Positions 30,179 to 46,442 of a DNA stretch of 64,000 nucleotides are shown one piece after another. Source of the stretch: Octopus vulgaris. Taxonomy: Eukaryota. How positions within the stretch are numbered: the stretch's first letter is position 1; every line of letters begins with the position of its first letter. The position numbers were made by a program, and so were the translations under genes. Below the pieces are notes generated by a model. That model saw only the letters and a program-made list of their open reading frames with translations, made no database searches and was not told the DNA's origin. The DNA lies in NCBI GenBank assembly GCA_951406725.2, contig OX597831.1, positions 81,282,001-81,346,000 of the forward strand, written 5' to 3'.

Positions 30179-32174
30179 GAGCACGTATACACGCACACAT
30201 ATATTTCTATCTAACAATTTATCTATCCATCTGTATATTTAAAATGTGTGTGTGTGTGTATGCAAATATCAGCATATTTTTTTATGTATGCAAATATAGT
30301 TTTACCTTACTATGTTCTCCATTATTTAGTGAAAGTCGTCAGCGTTTGTATCATGTGTGCGTTTATGTTTCTGTGCATGTGTGTATATGTTTGTATGTTT
30401 GAATATATAAATGTGTGTGGGTGTGTTTGTACGTAAGCATCTGAACTGAAATGGTGTTTCTCTTAACACTCCAGCATGTAATTAAAATACGTCAATAGAT
30501 TTTATTATAAACACATGGAGATATTATGTAACCGTTTAAAAGTTCGGAAATACAGAAATATATATGTTACGTTGCGTCGATTAGGTGTGAAGAGGGCTAA
30601 GTCGCACGTTTCGGGCAATTGTTTTTCTTCAGTGAAACGGATAGCTAGATAGCTAGATAGATAGGCAGACAGATAGAGAAAGACGGATAGAGATAGATAG
30701 ATAGATAAAGAGAGAGAGAGAGAGAGTGTGTGTGTGTGTGTATGTATGTATGTGTGTATAAAAGACAATATTATAACCAAAGAAAGCCCACCACATTACA
30801 TTTTTCACCGCTTTCTTTTCCCCATCGCTTTTATACGAGTACATTATTAACTCGTGTACTCTACTCCTGTTCTTTCTCACTCGAAAGACGAGTCTCGGAT
30901 TTTCCCTTCTTCACAGCAAATCACTTCACTGGATTTTTTTCGACAAATCTTCATGATTAACTTTTGCCCACAGAGACTCCACCATTCGCTTCTTTAACTT
31001 CCCGCTTTGACCTTCTGCACAAATACATAGTTGTCTTAAAATGCCGCCCGGTTAAACATCCCCGGTTGGTCATTCGGTGTCTTTAGTCGTGTCAGCTTTA
31101 TTATAGTCCTTCAGCCTAGACCTCCGCTCTTATGATAATTTCCTTTCTCCTTACTGTTAATTCCTGGAGCCCTGAAAGTTGTGGTGAGTTATGTCCTTCC
31201 GCTTCTGACAAAGCTTTACAACGTCCACTGTTGACGATGAACTTCGTAATCAGCGAATGAAACGGTTTTAGTTCTCGTCCGCGTTTCTTTTCACCTGGAT
31301 GGTCATGCCTCAGAAAACGAAGCATCAATATCGCAACAACTTATTTCTGCACTTCCTTAGAAATTGTTGGTTTGATCTGCTAAAAATTACAATCAAGTCT
31401 CCGTCTAATCACACCCTGCCATCTTAAGAACAGAAGGACATTACCATATGTAGTACAAGATAGACTAGGTACGAAAAGACAGGATGGTCATGGTTGGATT
31501 ACCTTTGATCAATGGTCTGCTCGATCAAGATCATCGTAGGATTAAATAGCAAGTGTATTTTTTCTATTCTGGTATCACCGAAAACTGAGTCTTCGGAGTC
31601 AAGTCAATCCACGCCCGTGACATTAAAGTGTTTGGATCCTCCAATCCAGGCTCTCCATTAAACTACGGTTTTATCTTTGATCGTAAATAAGACAAATTTT
31701 GTATCCTGGCACAATTTAGAAGCGGGACACTGCAAGTGAAAGTCGTTAACTGTAAAGCGAGCTATTTCTCTAGAACTAGTTATATACAAAAGCAATTCCT
31801 TACCAACATCAATTTCCTTTTTAGGTTCACCTTAAGGCGATGCTGAAGCATCTGGAAGCAGAGCTGTGCATGTGGCGCTGCTATCATTGTTTAGATCCAG
31901 AAAGAGAAACTGCTGGTTACCTCTGCTGGATAATGAAATATCAGCTAGTCTGGTAGGGTTTCGGTTGTTAAAAGCCATGTTGCATACAATTATGTGATAC
32001 CCATTTACAAACTATGCTGACTGGTCTGTTGAGAATCAAATATTTTGGCCATGGAATCGGATAATAACTTAGCGGTGACGCAGTACAACTTGATTAGTTT
32101 TCATCTGGTTTCTTCGACTGTTTATCATCCACCAATTTACATTTCATATTCTCATCAACAACCGTTTAAATTTA

Positions 32175-33611
32175 CACTGAACCGCAAAAGATTTTTCAGG
32201 TGTCATTTTTATATGGAAATTCATTTCGGGGATGTAAGTGTAAATATTCCAAGGCCTACTGGTTTACGGCTGAGACCCAAATTGCGGCTAACCTTTTAAC
32301 GAGACGCCAAAATGCAGCTGCGTTGAATGTCGTGGGTGTCAGTCGTAAACAGTTGTCATCGAAACCGAAATGCATGTGCATTTCGTGGAGGTTATGGGTA
32401 TAAAAATCAACGCGACCCGCGTTCTTGGCATTTGTAATTTGGATGCATCAGGTATGACCCGATTGTCAGCAGCGCAGAGAGAACAAGCTATCGGCCAATT
32501 GCAAGCAGGGCAGCGCGCCCTGATTGTTGCGAATGCTTCTAATGTCCATGTCAGCACCATCTATCGCCTGCAACAGCGACACAACAACACCAGCAGCACT
32601 GCAGACCGTGCCCACAGAAGGCGCCCCCGGGTAACCACACCCAGGTAGGACCGCTTCATCCACCTGCAACACCTCCGTAATTGCTTCAGACTGGCCAGCG
32701 TGAGAGCTTCGCGAGACCATTGGCACTGGACAGCGACCCATCAGCGACGACACAGTACGACGTCGACTGGCCGCCAACGTCGTCCTGCTCGAGGGCCTGT
32801 CTTCACCGCCCGCCACCATGAGGCACGACTACAGTGCGCTACACAGCACCGAGTCGTCTCTGGCGAGAGCTGGTACTGAGTTTCCACCTAGGGTGGCAGA
32901 GTGAGGGTGTGGTGAAGGAAGGGGAGAGCTACAGAGACGCATGTGTCATGGAGCGAGACGCGTGGGCTGGCCAAAGCATCATGGCTTAGGATGCTATAGG
33001 CCTGAATCAGAGAATAGGGTCCCATGTGTTCCAAGATGTTGGTGCAAGCAGAGGGAATGACATCACATACGTTGACCAGATCGTGCCCTTCTTCGCGCGT
33101 CACCATAGCCATGTGTTCCAGCAGGACAATGTTCCCTCCCACACGGCTGGGTTCACCATGGACTTTCTGCGTCAGCACAACATCAGAACCACGTCGTAGC
33201 CGGGTCTCAGCCCGGATTTGAAACCAATTGAACACTTGTGGGATGAAATCCAGAGACGGCTGAACCAGGGGGTCCCAAGGCCAACAACTCATGTGGAACT
33301 GAAGGCAGCTTTCCTCAGGGTGTGGACATAGGGGCCAATGGCTTTTGTGAACCGTCTCATGCACTCCATGTACCGACGGTGTATGGCTGTTTTGAACACC
33401 CAGGGAGGGCATACACGGTATTGAACATTGCGCCCTACAATCTCGATGTGCTGGATCCGCCCACAACCAGAACACATGACAACGACCCATAGACTGTCGC
33501 CAAAGTGCATCCAAGAAATTGACTTTATCAAAGTTATCAAGATTTATCTCTGACATAATCAAAACATATTTCACAGTCACACACGTCACGCGTTTCATCT
33601 GTGGTTCGGTG
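32175..33611 (+). mobile_element. Tc1-family DNA transposon, decayed
   Basis: Left end TA|CACTGAACCGCAAAAGA and an imperfect inverted right end ..TCTGTGGTTCGGTG; ~1.44 kb; contains a broken transposase. Confidence 0.85.
32454..33424 (+). pseudogene. Tc1-like transposase pseudogene
   Basis: MTRLSAAQREQAIGQLQAG (HTH), RPRVTTPR*DRFI, FQQDN, SPDLKPIEHLWDEI and terminal GGHTRY*, with stops and frameshifts. Confidence 0.85.
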
Positions 33612-34197
33612 GAAGTCTCAACCGCCTCAACATTACATAATCACTCTTATACACATTTTCTAATGTAAAAACAAGGACAAGTATTTGAATGTTGTGTCGT
33701 TGGGAAGTCGAGAAGTCCTTATACATAGAAAACACATAACAATAATTATATTTCAATATATTTTCATTGATATAGTATTTGCTTGATATTGCTACTAATT
33801 TTTCCACACAATTAACTGGAGAACATTTCTTAAATATAACAGCGGTGCATCAGCATGGCCGCAGCTCTGAGCTGAAACTATAGAATTAGAAAAAAAGGAT
33901 AAGAAAATCGTCTTGTTTTACTGTTTTTAGAATAGAATAGAAAAAAGAAGTCTTAAAAAAGAGAGCTGTCCCGTCGTCATCACAGCCGTGGCTACCCGCA
34001 GAAATAACAAATAAATGAATGACAATAATTTTGTTCTGGTGAAACACTCACAATGGCTCTTCTTCACCTGTTTTGTCAGTTAAACTGTCAACAGATATCG
34101 AAACCGCCATTTTGTGAAGTTTTGATTGATGATGTAAGGTAGCATCTGTGTATGCACGTGGGACGGGCGTGGGGGAAGGGTCCAAGTTAGCGTCTGC

Positions 34198-34231
<34 letters not shown>

Positions 34232-34780
34232 GTCACGAATGCGACAACGCCATCTAACGTAACAACCTCCACCGTGTTCGCCTCACTGACTTTTCATAAT
34301 TAAACAATCCAGCAACAAAAGATCCGAACCACTGTTAACTATTTCAGCGCAATGTTCACAGGAAAACGTTGACAAATAATTATAAAACTCAACAACTCTT
34401 CCTGGGCCCCCAATTTTAACCTCTTTCTCTTCTATTAAATCCCGTCTCTCTCGCTTTTCCCTCTCTCTTCCCCCTCTCTCTTAGCGACGAAATATTTCCC
34501 TTTGTTGTTTTTTTTCCATTTCTATATTTTTTTCTTTGTCATTTGGAGATATTTCTATCGTACTTTTTTTTGTACTTCTTTTGTACTTTTGGTAAGATGA
34601 TATTTTAAAGAAATGTTTTACCGACAAATATTTTTCTCAACGACATATCAAACCGACTTGCTATTTAAAACAAGCCACGTTTTAACCTACTTCCCTCCCC
34701 CCCTCTCTCTCTCCCTCTCTCTCTCTATCTATCTTTCTATCTATCATCTCTCTATCTATCTATCTATCTATCTGTGCCCC

Positions 34781-34826
<46 letters not shown>

Positions 34827-34861
34827 AAGTATGTATGTATGTATGTATTTGTGTATGTATG

Positions 34862-34927
<66 letters not shown>

Positions 34928-35039
34928 GCTACCTAGCTAGCTAGCTATGTATGTATGTATGTATGTATGTATGTATGTATGTATGTATGTATGTATGTGT
35001 GTATGTATGATTCTATATATTTATCTATCTGTCTGTCTA

Positions 35040-35076
<37 letters not shown>

Positions 35077-35081
35077 CTATC

Positions 35082-35116
<35 letters not shown>

Positions 35117-35695
35117 ATGTGTGTGTGTGTGTGTGTGCACTAAATTATATATATATACACATATATATATATTCGTACATGAACATATATAAAGGGCATG
35201 TAGTATGATTGTATGTTTGTACGTACGCATACACACACACATACACATATATATATATATACATTATATACACACGACCACCCTTTCACCTTCTCCCCGT
35301 CTCACAATGAACTCCCCCCCTCAACGTCTCCCTCCCCCGACCCCACCCAACGTGTTCTCCCTCTCTCCTTCTCCTCCTTCTGTGTCCAATAACAGACCTG
35401 TTTAGCGATGCATTACCACTAAAGACCGGATCTGTAGAACTGCCAGTCCGCTTGGCTCATCAGAACGTAACCAAAGCGACTATAATTACGGCAATCTGTC
35501 TCATTAGGCTGGCGCGCTTTCATTTTTGCTTTTTTTTTTGTTTTTGTTTGCCTTCCAACGGGGAGACAACTCCTCGTCCTTCAAGCATCAACTTCCTTCG
35601 ACGTGCTGCACCTTCTGAATATATAGTTACACACACACACACACACACACTATATATGTGGTATGTATAAACATATATGAATTATATAAACGTGT

Positions 35696-35736
<41 letters not shown>

Positions 35737-35987
35737 ATGTATATGTATGTAAAGAGAGAGAGAGAGAGAGAAATATAAACAGACATAGTGACAGGTAACC
35801 ACAATGACACTTTAGCACACACACACGCACACCCCTTTCACACATAATTAGAGGTATACACATACATAGAACAGTGTGTTCCTATACGCACGCTTACATA
35901 AAGACATGCGTTTGCTGCGGTGCACATTTATACGACAGAACTGCACGTAGACCTATAAAGGCAGACAAAATGATGATAATAATGATA

Positions 35988-36562
35988 ATCCTTTCTACTA
36001 AAGGCACAAGGTTTGAAGTGATGGGGGAGGGGACTAGTCGATCACATCGACCTCGTGATTCACTGGTACCGAACTTTCCCATCCCGAAAGGATGAAGGCA
36101 GTACAAGGCAGATTAGGCAGGATGGTCATGGCTGTACTGTTTTGATCAATGGTTTGCTCGATCAAGACAACCATCGGGTTAAATAACAAGAACAACTACA
36201 ACTACAACAAAATAGTTCCCTGTATCTTGGAATCAATATTAAGGCGGTTGGCTGACAGAATCATTAAAATGTCGGCAGAGTCGACCTGGGCGGAATTTGA
36301 AACCAGAACGTAAATACGGACGAAAAACCGCTAAGCATTTTGCCCGACGTCCTACCGATTCTGCCAGCTCACCTGGCACAAACCCAGCAATTTTTGGGGA
36401 AAGTCCAAGTTGATTAAAACGACCCCAAAGTTCAACTGGGTTATGGACCTCGAAAGGATTAAAGGCAAAGTCAGACTCGATGGAATTAGATCTCAAAACG
36501 TAAAAACGGAAGAAATACCGCTAACCATTTTGGCTTCATGCTAATGATTACGTCAGCTTCAC
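35988..36562 (-). mobile_element. Cluster of SINE family A fragments
   Basis: Partial bodies and heads at ~35988-36095, 36280-36375 and 36376-36562, plus a short plus-strand head at 36242-36280. Confidence 0.6.
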
Positions 36563-36567
36563 CATTG

Positions 36568-36625
<58 letters not shown>

Positions 36626-37008
36626 TATTATTATTATTATTATTATTATTGTTATTATTATTATTTTGTCCAGAGGAACCCATGCTCTTGCTTCGATATC
36701 CCATAATTCCACATCACATCCGTCAACAATACTACTGAGAAACGTATGAAGGCCACACGGCCATACCTTTCCAGATAAATTGTACCAGTGGGCAAAGCCA
36801 AAATGGTAGCCATTTTGTTGTAAAGTCCAAAACACGTTCACGGTGAACCACAAAGGTGAGACTGAGCTTCGTGCTTTCATGAAAGGTAGCAATCTCACAG
36901 AATCTAATTTCCACCAGTTTTATCAATCCGAACCAAGGAGACCCTTGGAATCACTAATATGCTCCCAAAAATGGCATTAACATCCCGAAATGCATTTACA
37001 TCTCTCTT

Positions 37009-37040
<32 letters not shown>

Positions 37041-37502
37041 ATGTCTGTGTGTCTACAATCAATATGGTGGCCATTTGCAATCTATTGAGAAACACTTCCG
37101 TTGTAATCACCTCTCTTCTCCTCCCAAACATTTCTGCTCAATCGCTGTCTCTTTCTCCTTCCCTTTCTCTCTATCTTTCTCCTTCCGTTCCCTCCCCCAG
37201 TTAACAATTGAACCCCCTCTCTTTTTCTCTCTTTTTGTGTTTTATTAGCTTGTGTTTTGTTTTTCGATGTTTTCCTTCTATCCATCGCTCAAACCTTTTT
37301 CTCTTTCAGTGCAAATTAACTCATTAAACAACGACCGTTATTACACCAATGACGACATCAACAGCCTCAGTTTCGTAAAAAAAAAAAAAGCAGTGGTGGT
37401 AGCGGAGGGAGGGAAATTACAGCAAACAAAGGAACAGCCAAAAACAAAAACGACGAAAAGTATAAAATAAATATGAATAAAAACAAACATCGACATCATT
37501 AA

Positions 37503-37540
37503 AGAAGAAGAAGAAGAAGAAGAAGAAGAAGAAGAAGAAG

Positions 37541-37621
<81 letters not shown>

Positions 37622-37625
37622 GAAG

Positions 37626-37645
<20 letters not shown>
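37503..37645. repeat. (GAA)n microsatellite
   Basis: Directly visible. Confidence 0.97.
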
Positions 37646-37656
<11 letters not shown>

Positions 37657-37943
37657 AACAACAACAACAACGACGACAATGGCAACAAAGGTATCAGATT
37701 TTATTTCCGGTGCCGTCTTCTCTTCAACGCTGTGTTTGGCAGCGGTTGACAACGTTTTATTCCTAATTGCCAGAGTCAGCGCTCATTCCTGCTCTTTTGC
37801 TCGATCTACGTACGGAATAACGGTTTCGAATCTGGGACGTGGCCATAACCGATCTTCAAAAAGATTGCATTTAATATTACCCCAAAAAAGAATAGAATGA
37901 CAGAAGCAATATACAAAAGCTACAGTTGGAATTATGAGAGAGG

Positions 37944-37974
<31 letters not shown>

Positions 37975-38250
37975 CGGAAGGAGAGTTGGTGGTGCAGAAG
38001 AGTTTATGCGTGTGCTTATAATGATGTTAATTTAAAATGTAGAACATACTGCCCCCTTCTATAAGAGAACGCTCTGCGTTTTCTAGAATAGAGATTTATT
38101 TTGGGGAAACGGCAGATTGAAAGTGTCATAGAGGTCACTGGTCTCATCCTGAGTCAAGGTTTTCTCAGAATGGTCAGAGAATTCTTGGCTCGAAGTGAAA
38201 TCGCTGGTCACTATGAGACATTTAATCATTCTAGATCACACGTATATGCC

Positions 38251-38303
<53 letters not shown>

Positions 38304-38328
38304 ATATATATATATTCGTGTGTGTGTA

Positions 38329-38625
<297 letters not shown>

Positions 38626-38714
38626 ATATATATTCTTCGAATATATATACACATATACACATATATGCATATATATGTATATGTATATAAGTAAGTATGT
38701 ATATTTAGATAGGC

Positions 38715-38803
<89 letters not shown>

Positions 38804-38914
38804 AATTAAGGACTGCACACGAAAAGTGGACAGTCAACATGCTAGATATAGACGTCAAATCGCCATTCTCCACAAAAAGTTTATGTTCTCAGGGCAAGAC
38901 TGCTAGGTAGTCTG

Positions 38915-38951
<37 letters not shown>

Positions 38952-39218
38952 GTATGTATATATACAGATATATCTTTGTGTTCATATAAACAACATATAT
39001 GTAGATGAATTGATAGACATGTTTGGGAATATATATAATGTGAATATACATGCACACACACACACACACACATACACACGTGTATGCATACACACGCACA
39101 CACACAGAGAAAGTCAGGAAGAAAAAGAAACAAGGGGAATGCATTAGATAGATAAATAGATAGGCAGATAAACAGAGAGTGTGGGAGTGACAGATAAAGA
39201 GAGAGAGAGAGAGTGAGT

Positions 39219-39266
<48 letters not shown>

Positions 39267-39657
39267 AGAGTTGTTCAATTCCGCCATTTAATAGACACAT
39301 TCGATAGGAAACGGCGAGTTACGGGCGAACAACGTTCAGTTGTCGGTTACGGCTTCCTGGTCGCGGGCTGTCTCCGCAGTCGAGGGCACATGCTAAATTA
39401 ATCGAGTCACACACGCAGTCGGACAATTGCTGCGATAAATCAAACCACCAACACCAACACCACCACCATCATTTCTTATACATTTTAATGCAAGTACACA
39501 CAGACAGACATGGAAATGAAATAGAGATATACACACGATTACACATTCAAGAATGAGTGACAAATCATTTTGCTCAGAATCACAAACTACATACACTGCA
39601 CACATGCACGCAGAAGCAAATACATACACACGTAAATATATATATATATATAGTATG

Positions 39658-39714
<57 letters not shown>

Positions 39715-39780
39715 TTATATATATACATACATATATTACATATATATATATATATGTGTGTGTGTGTATATATATATATA

Positions 39781-39989
39781 TAGGGAAAGTTTACGAAAAA
39801 AACAAAAGACGAAGACAGGTGGTGTACAAAACAAACAGGTGTATTAGTATAACGCTGAGGAATAGAGAAGTCCTTTACGTTTCGAGCCTACGCTCTTCTA
39901 CAGAAAAGACAGAAAAAACAAGGAGAGAAAAAATGTGTGTAGTGGCTAACGATCTATCATGGCAACTGACTGCCAGACAGAAGGGTCAC

Positions 39990-39995
<6 letters not shown>
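39781..39995 (-). mobile_element. Hammerhead-bearing element, family H1
   Basis: Motif 39871-39908 on the minus strand: UUUU-CUGUAGA-A-GAGC guag GCUC-GAAA-CG-UA-AAGG. (TA)n on both sides. Confidence 0.7.
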
Positions 39996-40035
<40 letters not shown>

Positions 40036-40060
40036 TGCATATATATGTAAACGTACTCTC

Positions 40061-40113
<53 letters not shown>

Positions 40114-40144
40114 ACACACACACACACACAGACATATATATATA

Positions 40145-41060
40145 TTGGGCTGGCCAAAAAGTCTGTTCAGTTTTTGTCAACACTAAACTTCAGGCACTCT
40201 GAGAAGTAGCTACCTTCTGCCTGTCTCTTACACATGCATACTTGATACTTCAGTATAGTCTGAAGCGAACTTGCGATGAGGCAGATTGTATCTCGGGTGC
40301 TTAGGATTACCCTGAGAAAATGCCTCATGCTTTATATTTAAATAAAAAGGCAAGACATGCACTGTTTACAAAGAATATGCTTTAAGGGAACTTGTGTACT
40401 AGGATGGATTTCAAGATTTCTATCGGGAAATTTATCGGTCCTTGATTTGGTCGGCCAAGTGAGAAAATAACAGCGACGAAATCAGGGTGTTAGTGGACAC
40501 CAGCCCCCGTTTTACGAATAGGATGATCGCAGATATTCTCCAAGTATTCAAATAATGTTGAAAATCACCTGCGTTAACTTTGTTATGTCAGCAATTGAAT
40601 GCATTACCATGTACGATTCGTTGCAGGAACGCGAAGAAATCGATTCTGTTTTATAGTAAATTGTGATAGAGGACGAACACTTGATCCTCTATAACAATGT
40701 GAAAGGTAAACGACGCCGGGGCAAGCGCAGCGAACCACCACAAACAACCTCCAATACAGGATTTCACCCGAAGTAGTTTAGGCATTCAATTTGGTGAGAT
40801 TAGAAGGGTGTTGTTTTTCATAAGCGTCTTTCCATGGTCAGGACCATCAATTCGGACGTGTACTCTGACCAGATAAACAAATAAAATGCGGGGATTCAAC
40901 GGAAGCAACCAGCACTTGCTATTTGTAAGGGCATTGTCTTTGATTATGACAATGCCAGACCGCACACTTCTTTACAATTGCACAAGGAGCTATTGGAGTT
41001 TGCTTGGCTACTTTTGCCGTACACTCCATATTCGGCCGACCTGCCACCTTCAGGCTTCAT
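40145..41060 (+). mobile_element. mariner-family transposon, truncated and decayed
   Basis: TA|TTGGGCTGGCCAAAAAGTCTGTTCAGTTTTT TIR. Transposase relics: EDEHLILYNN, TINSDVY, DNARPH, PYSADLPPS. No right TIR seen. Confidence 0.82.
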
Positions 41061-41388
41061 TCAGTATATATGTTTCCTGTCCGTCTTGGCATCATCCATG
41101 TGTCTGGAATTTTATTGTCGTCTGATGCGTTCTAGTGTTCTAGTTCCATTTTTGGGATTTATATATATATATATATATATGGGTTTATCAATATGTGTTG
41201 CAAGATTCCTGATGTGAAATCGTGCGTTGAAACAGACATTGTGGTATTTTCAAAAATAAAAACACGCACTATATATTTGTTTTTCACTCGTCTATTAATA
41301 AACGAGCGAAGAACAAATATATCATACTTGTCTTTATTGGGCAAAAAAAATGTGACCATACCGAAATACAATGCACACACGAACGCAC

Positions 41389-41458
<70 letters not shown>

Positions 41459-41509
41459 GTATATATATGAACATGTGAAACTGTTAATCACCACCTGTTT
41501 TTTGTTCAC

Positions 41510-41680
41510 ACACACTCTCTCCCCCTCTTTCTCTCTCTCCCTCTCTCCCTCTCATCCCTTTCTGTTGAAGAGCGTAGGCTCGAAACATCAAAGACTTTTC
41601 CATATTTTTCCCACCATCAAACACCTGTTTACTGTTTCCTCACCTGCCGCTGTCTTTTGTTTTCTCTAAATTTGAATTTT
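41510..41680 (+). mobile_element. Hammerhead-bearing element, family H1
   Basis: Motif 41558-41593: CUUU-CUGUUGA-A-GAGC guag GCUC-GAAA-CA-UC-AAAG. The 3' end runs into (TA)n. Confidence 0.7.
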
Positions 41681-41758
41681 ATATATATATATATATATAT
41701 ATGTTAGAAATATTGAATTTCTAAATGTCTCAGAGAGACATAAGCGGTGGTGGAGCGA

Positions 41759-42074
41759 TATAGTGGTCGTATGCTGTCAACTCAATGTGACAGTCCCGTA
41801 AGGGAATTACGCCACCGCCATTTAGCCCTAGGAAACATCGACGTCTCCTGTCGGCTTTGACACAATTTCTGTGTCCTTATATTTTCAAAGGGGAGGCAAT
41901 CACCCCAGCAAGCCGGGGTCCCAACTGGCGGGGATGAATGCCTCCCCTTTGCAAATATAAGGACACAGAAAATGTGTCAAAGCCGACAGGAGACGTCGAT
42001 GTTTCCTAGGGCTAAATGGCGGTGGTGTAATTCCCTTACGGGACTGTCACATTGAGTTGGCGGTATACAACCAC

Positions 42075-42078
<4 letters not shown>
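41759..42078. mobile_element. ~320-bp near-perfect foldback element
   Basis: Arms 41759-41906 and 41930-42078, loop ~23 nt. The right end abuts (TA)n. Shares catttagccc.agg.aacatc with the 1097 element. Confidence 0.8.
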
Positions 42079-42115
<37 letters not shown>

Positions 42116-42214
42116 ATATAAGTATACATATATATGTGTGTGTGTGAGTGTGTGTGTATATATGTATATGTGCGTATGTGTGTACATATATAAGTATATA
42201 TATATATATATATA

Positions 42215-42395
42215 TATAACGGGATGGTTAAAGAAAATAAACAAAAGACAAAGGCAGGTGGAGTACAAACAAACAAATGTATTAGTATGGCGCTCAGGAG
42301 TAGAAATAGAAAAAGTATTTTACGTTTCGAGCCTACGCTCTTCGACAGAAAGATACACAGAAAAAAACAAGGAGAGAAAAAAATGCGTTCTGATC
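42215..42395 (-). mobile_element. Hammerhead-bearing element, family H1
   Basis: Motif 42316-42353 on the minus strand: CUUU-CUGUCGA-A-GAGC guag GCUC-GAAA-CG-UA-AAA. Confidence 0.7.
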
Positions 42396-42409
42396 ATATA
42401 TATATATAG

Positions 42410-42465
<56 letters not shown>

Positions 42466-42744
42466 TGTGCATGAGCCTACAGACTGATAAGACTGGAGAT
42501 TATGTAGGTTTTCGGGGAGTTTAAGCGGATGAGAGTAAAATATAGCTCCCCACCCCACGTCATCTTGAAAAGGATGCCCAAATGAACGGAGCAATGAAAA
42601 ACGCAATGTCTCGTTTAGCTCAAAACGTTACACTCCGTCCGGGAATAGAACCCATCGTCTAAGTACTGGAACAGCCTAGGTATGCGCACTCCCACACATC
42701 CCCACGCATGCATACATACATGTACATAGTGTTATAAATATTGC

Positions 42745-42860
<116 letters not shown>

Positions 42861-43224
42861 TATATAATATATATATAATATATATGAATCTGTATACATA
42901 TATATATATAAATACATAAAAGTATGTCTATATTCATATCTATCTATCTATAAAACATATAAATAGGTACATATATATATTTATATATATATATATACAT
43001 ACATATGTGTGTGAGTGCGCGTATCTAAATATTAAACATATATTGTATTTTACACATATATTACACATACACATTAAGCATACATACATGGACGTATATC
43101 TGCATATGTGTATATACGTATATATATACACACACACACACATACATACAAAATTATATATATATATATATATATTATTCATATATCATAGACATACAAT
43201 ATAAATGCATACACATACACACAG

Positions 43225-43266
<42 letters not shown>

Positions 43267-43647
43267 TCACACACACACACACATTCATTCATACACCCAA
43301 TCGGACCTGCTGCTGTGCTGCTGTTCTTTTCACTCTGCATAATAGACACAACTTTATAAAAACTGACATTTTTATGCCTCCATATAAATCACCGTAGGCT
43401 GTTTTATAGCTATTAATTATTGACATGTATGCATATGTTTGTGTATATACACTGCCTGGCAAGGGTATACAGAAAGCAGGAAGAAGGGTCTCAACTGATT
43501 AGAAAATGTTCAACCTCTTGTTGATTTTCATTTGAGTTGTAAGCAGTGCTTTTTTTAATATTTCTGCTGAGGGTGTGTGTGGGCGGACATACATACACAC
43601 AAACATACACACATAAACATATATTATAAAACAAAATTTGGACATAG

Positions 43648-44657
<1,010 letters not shown>

Positions 44658-44663
44658 CAATAC

Positions 44664-44707
<44 letters not shown>

Positions 44708-44709
<2 letters not shown>

Positions 44710-45115
44710 TTACTCTTTTTACTCTTTTACTTGTTTCAGTCATTTGACTGCGGCCATGCTAGAGCACCGCCTTTAATCGAACAACTCGACCCCGAGGACT
44801 TATTCTTTTGTAAGCCCAGTACTTATTCTATCGGTCTCTTTTGCCGAACCGCTAAGTAACGAGGACATAAACACACCAGCATCGGTTGTCAAGCAATGCT
44901 AGGGGGACAACCACAACACACAAACACACACACGCATATATACACATATATACGTCGGGCTTCTTTCAGTTTCCGTCTTCCAAATCCACTCACAAGGCTT
45001 TGGTCTGCCCAAGGCTATAGTAGAAGACACTTGTCCAAGGTGCCACGCAGTGGGACTGAACCCGGAACCATGTGGTTGGTAAACAAGCTACTTACCACAC
45101 AGCCAGTCCTGCGCC
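44708..45115 (-). mobile_element. SINE family B, well preserved
   Basis: Full reverse-complement copy ending ..cttaccacacagccagtcctgcgcc. Confidence 0.88.
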
Positions 45116-45499
45116 ATATATAGTACATATATATGTGCATATATATGCAACTATGGGAGAGAATCCACTATGTGGACGCTCTTACGCTAGATATAGATCC
45201 ACAAAGGGACTCAACCACTAAGGATTGTTCTCAAGAAATAATTCAGCATACCAAGAACGTAAGCGAGCAGGACAAATGAAAAATAACGAAAATATAGATT
45301 AACCCCATGCAATTGTTTCACCGTTAATAAATTATGTAATTTTACTTACATAAATATCCTCGGATCAACGGTGGAGTACGTCATAAAATATAATTTGTCG
45401 CACTTCACGCTATATATTATCACGAGGTCAGAGACACGAGCAGTTCGGCCGATTATATTCACAGTTATATTCAAATGCCCTCGTCCCAAAGCGCCAAAT

Positions 45500-46442
45500 T
45501 GCAGGAAATAAATACTGCATAAGTCATTCACTGCAGTAGTTTACGCCGGTTTATTTGCCGACGATGTCAAACTGGTCGCTCCTCGCAGTGATATAGATGA
45601 TCTTCGTCGATGCCTCCACCAAGTTTGGAGATGGTCAAACGAATGGGACCTGTGTCTGAACGTGTCAAAGTGCTGTCATCTGCCTGTTGGCTCCTTTCCT
45701 GCAACTCAACTTGATTTCGAGCCGGGTCGTCTGCTGCTGGAGAAGACCGACCAAGTAAAGGATCTGGGTATCTTGGTGGATTCTTCCTCTCGCCTTCGGC
45801 CCAATGCGTCCATGCTGCCAACTAAGCACGCGGAGTTCTGTTTTTGATTCGACGGTCATTCGGAATGCTCACAGCAGCCATATTCCTACCGCTCTATGTC
45901 ACGCTGGTGAGACCCATATTGGAGTACGGGATTCAAACCTCTTCTCCTTATCTCCTCAAAGACATACATAATCTCGAAAGAGTCCAGAAGCTGGCTACCC
46001 GCATGGTTCTTGGTCTCAAGCATTTGTCTTATGACGAAATTCTGAAGACGCTCGACTTTTATTCTCTCGAAAAACGACGACGACGTGGTGATCTCATTCT
46101 CGCTCACAACATCATAAGCAGAAAGTGTAACCTCTCGAAAGAGCTGTTCTTCACTCCTGCTCCAGAGCGTGGGCTGCGGGGTCACTTCGAAAAGCTCTAT
46201 CTACGACGATTTCATCTCAATCGAAGGAGAGGGGCTTTCTCCGTCCGGGGTGCTGATCCGTGGAATAAGCTGCCGGACGAGATAGTGAAGATGCCGACGT
46301 CCGTTCGGTTCAAAGTCTCTCTTGACCTCAAATGGCCTGAACTCTTTGTATGACCACCCTCCCTGTACATAATTCCCTGTCCCCCTACATGGCCTTGCTT
46401 TTTGAGCCAATAAAAATTGAATTGAATTGAATTGAATTGAAT

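Noticed and set aside
30601-30640. Minus-strand CUGAAGA..GCCCGAAACGUG hammerhead-like string
   Set aside because: Stems I and II are broken and the triplet is GUG; it may be a relic but is not supportable.
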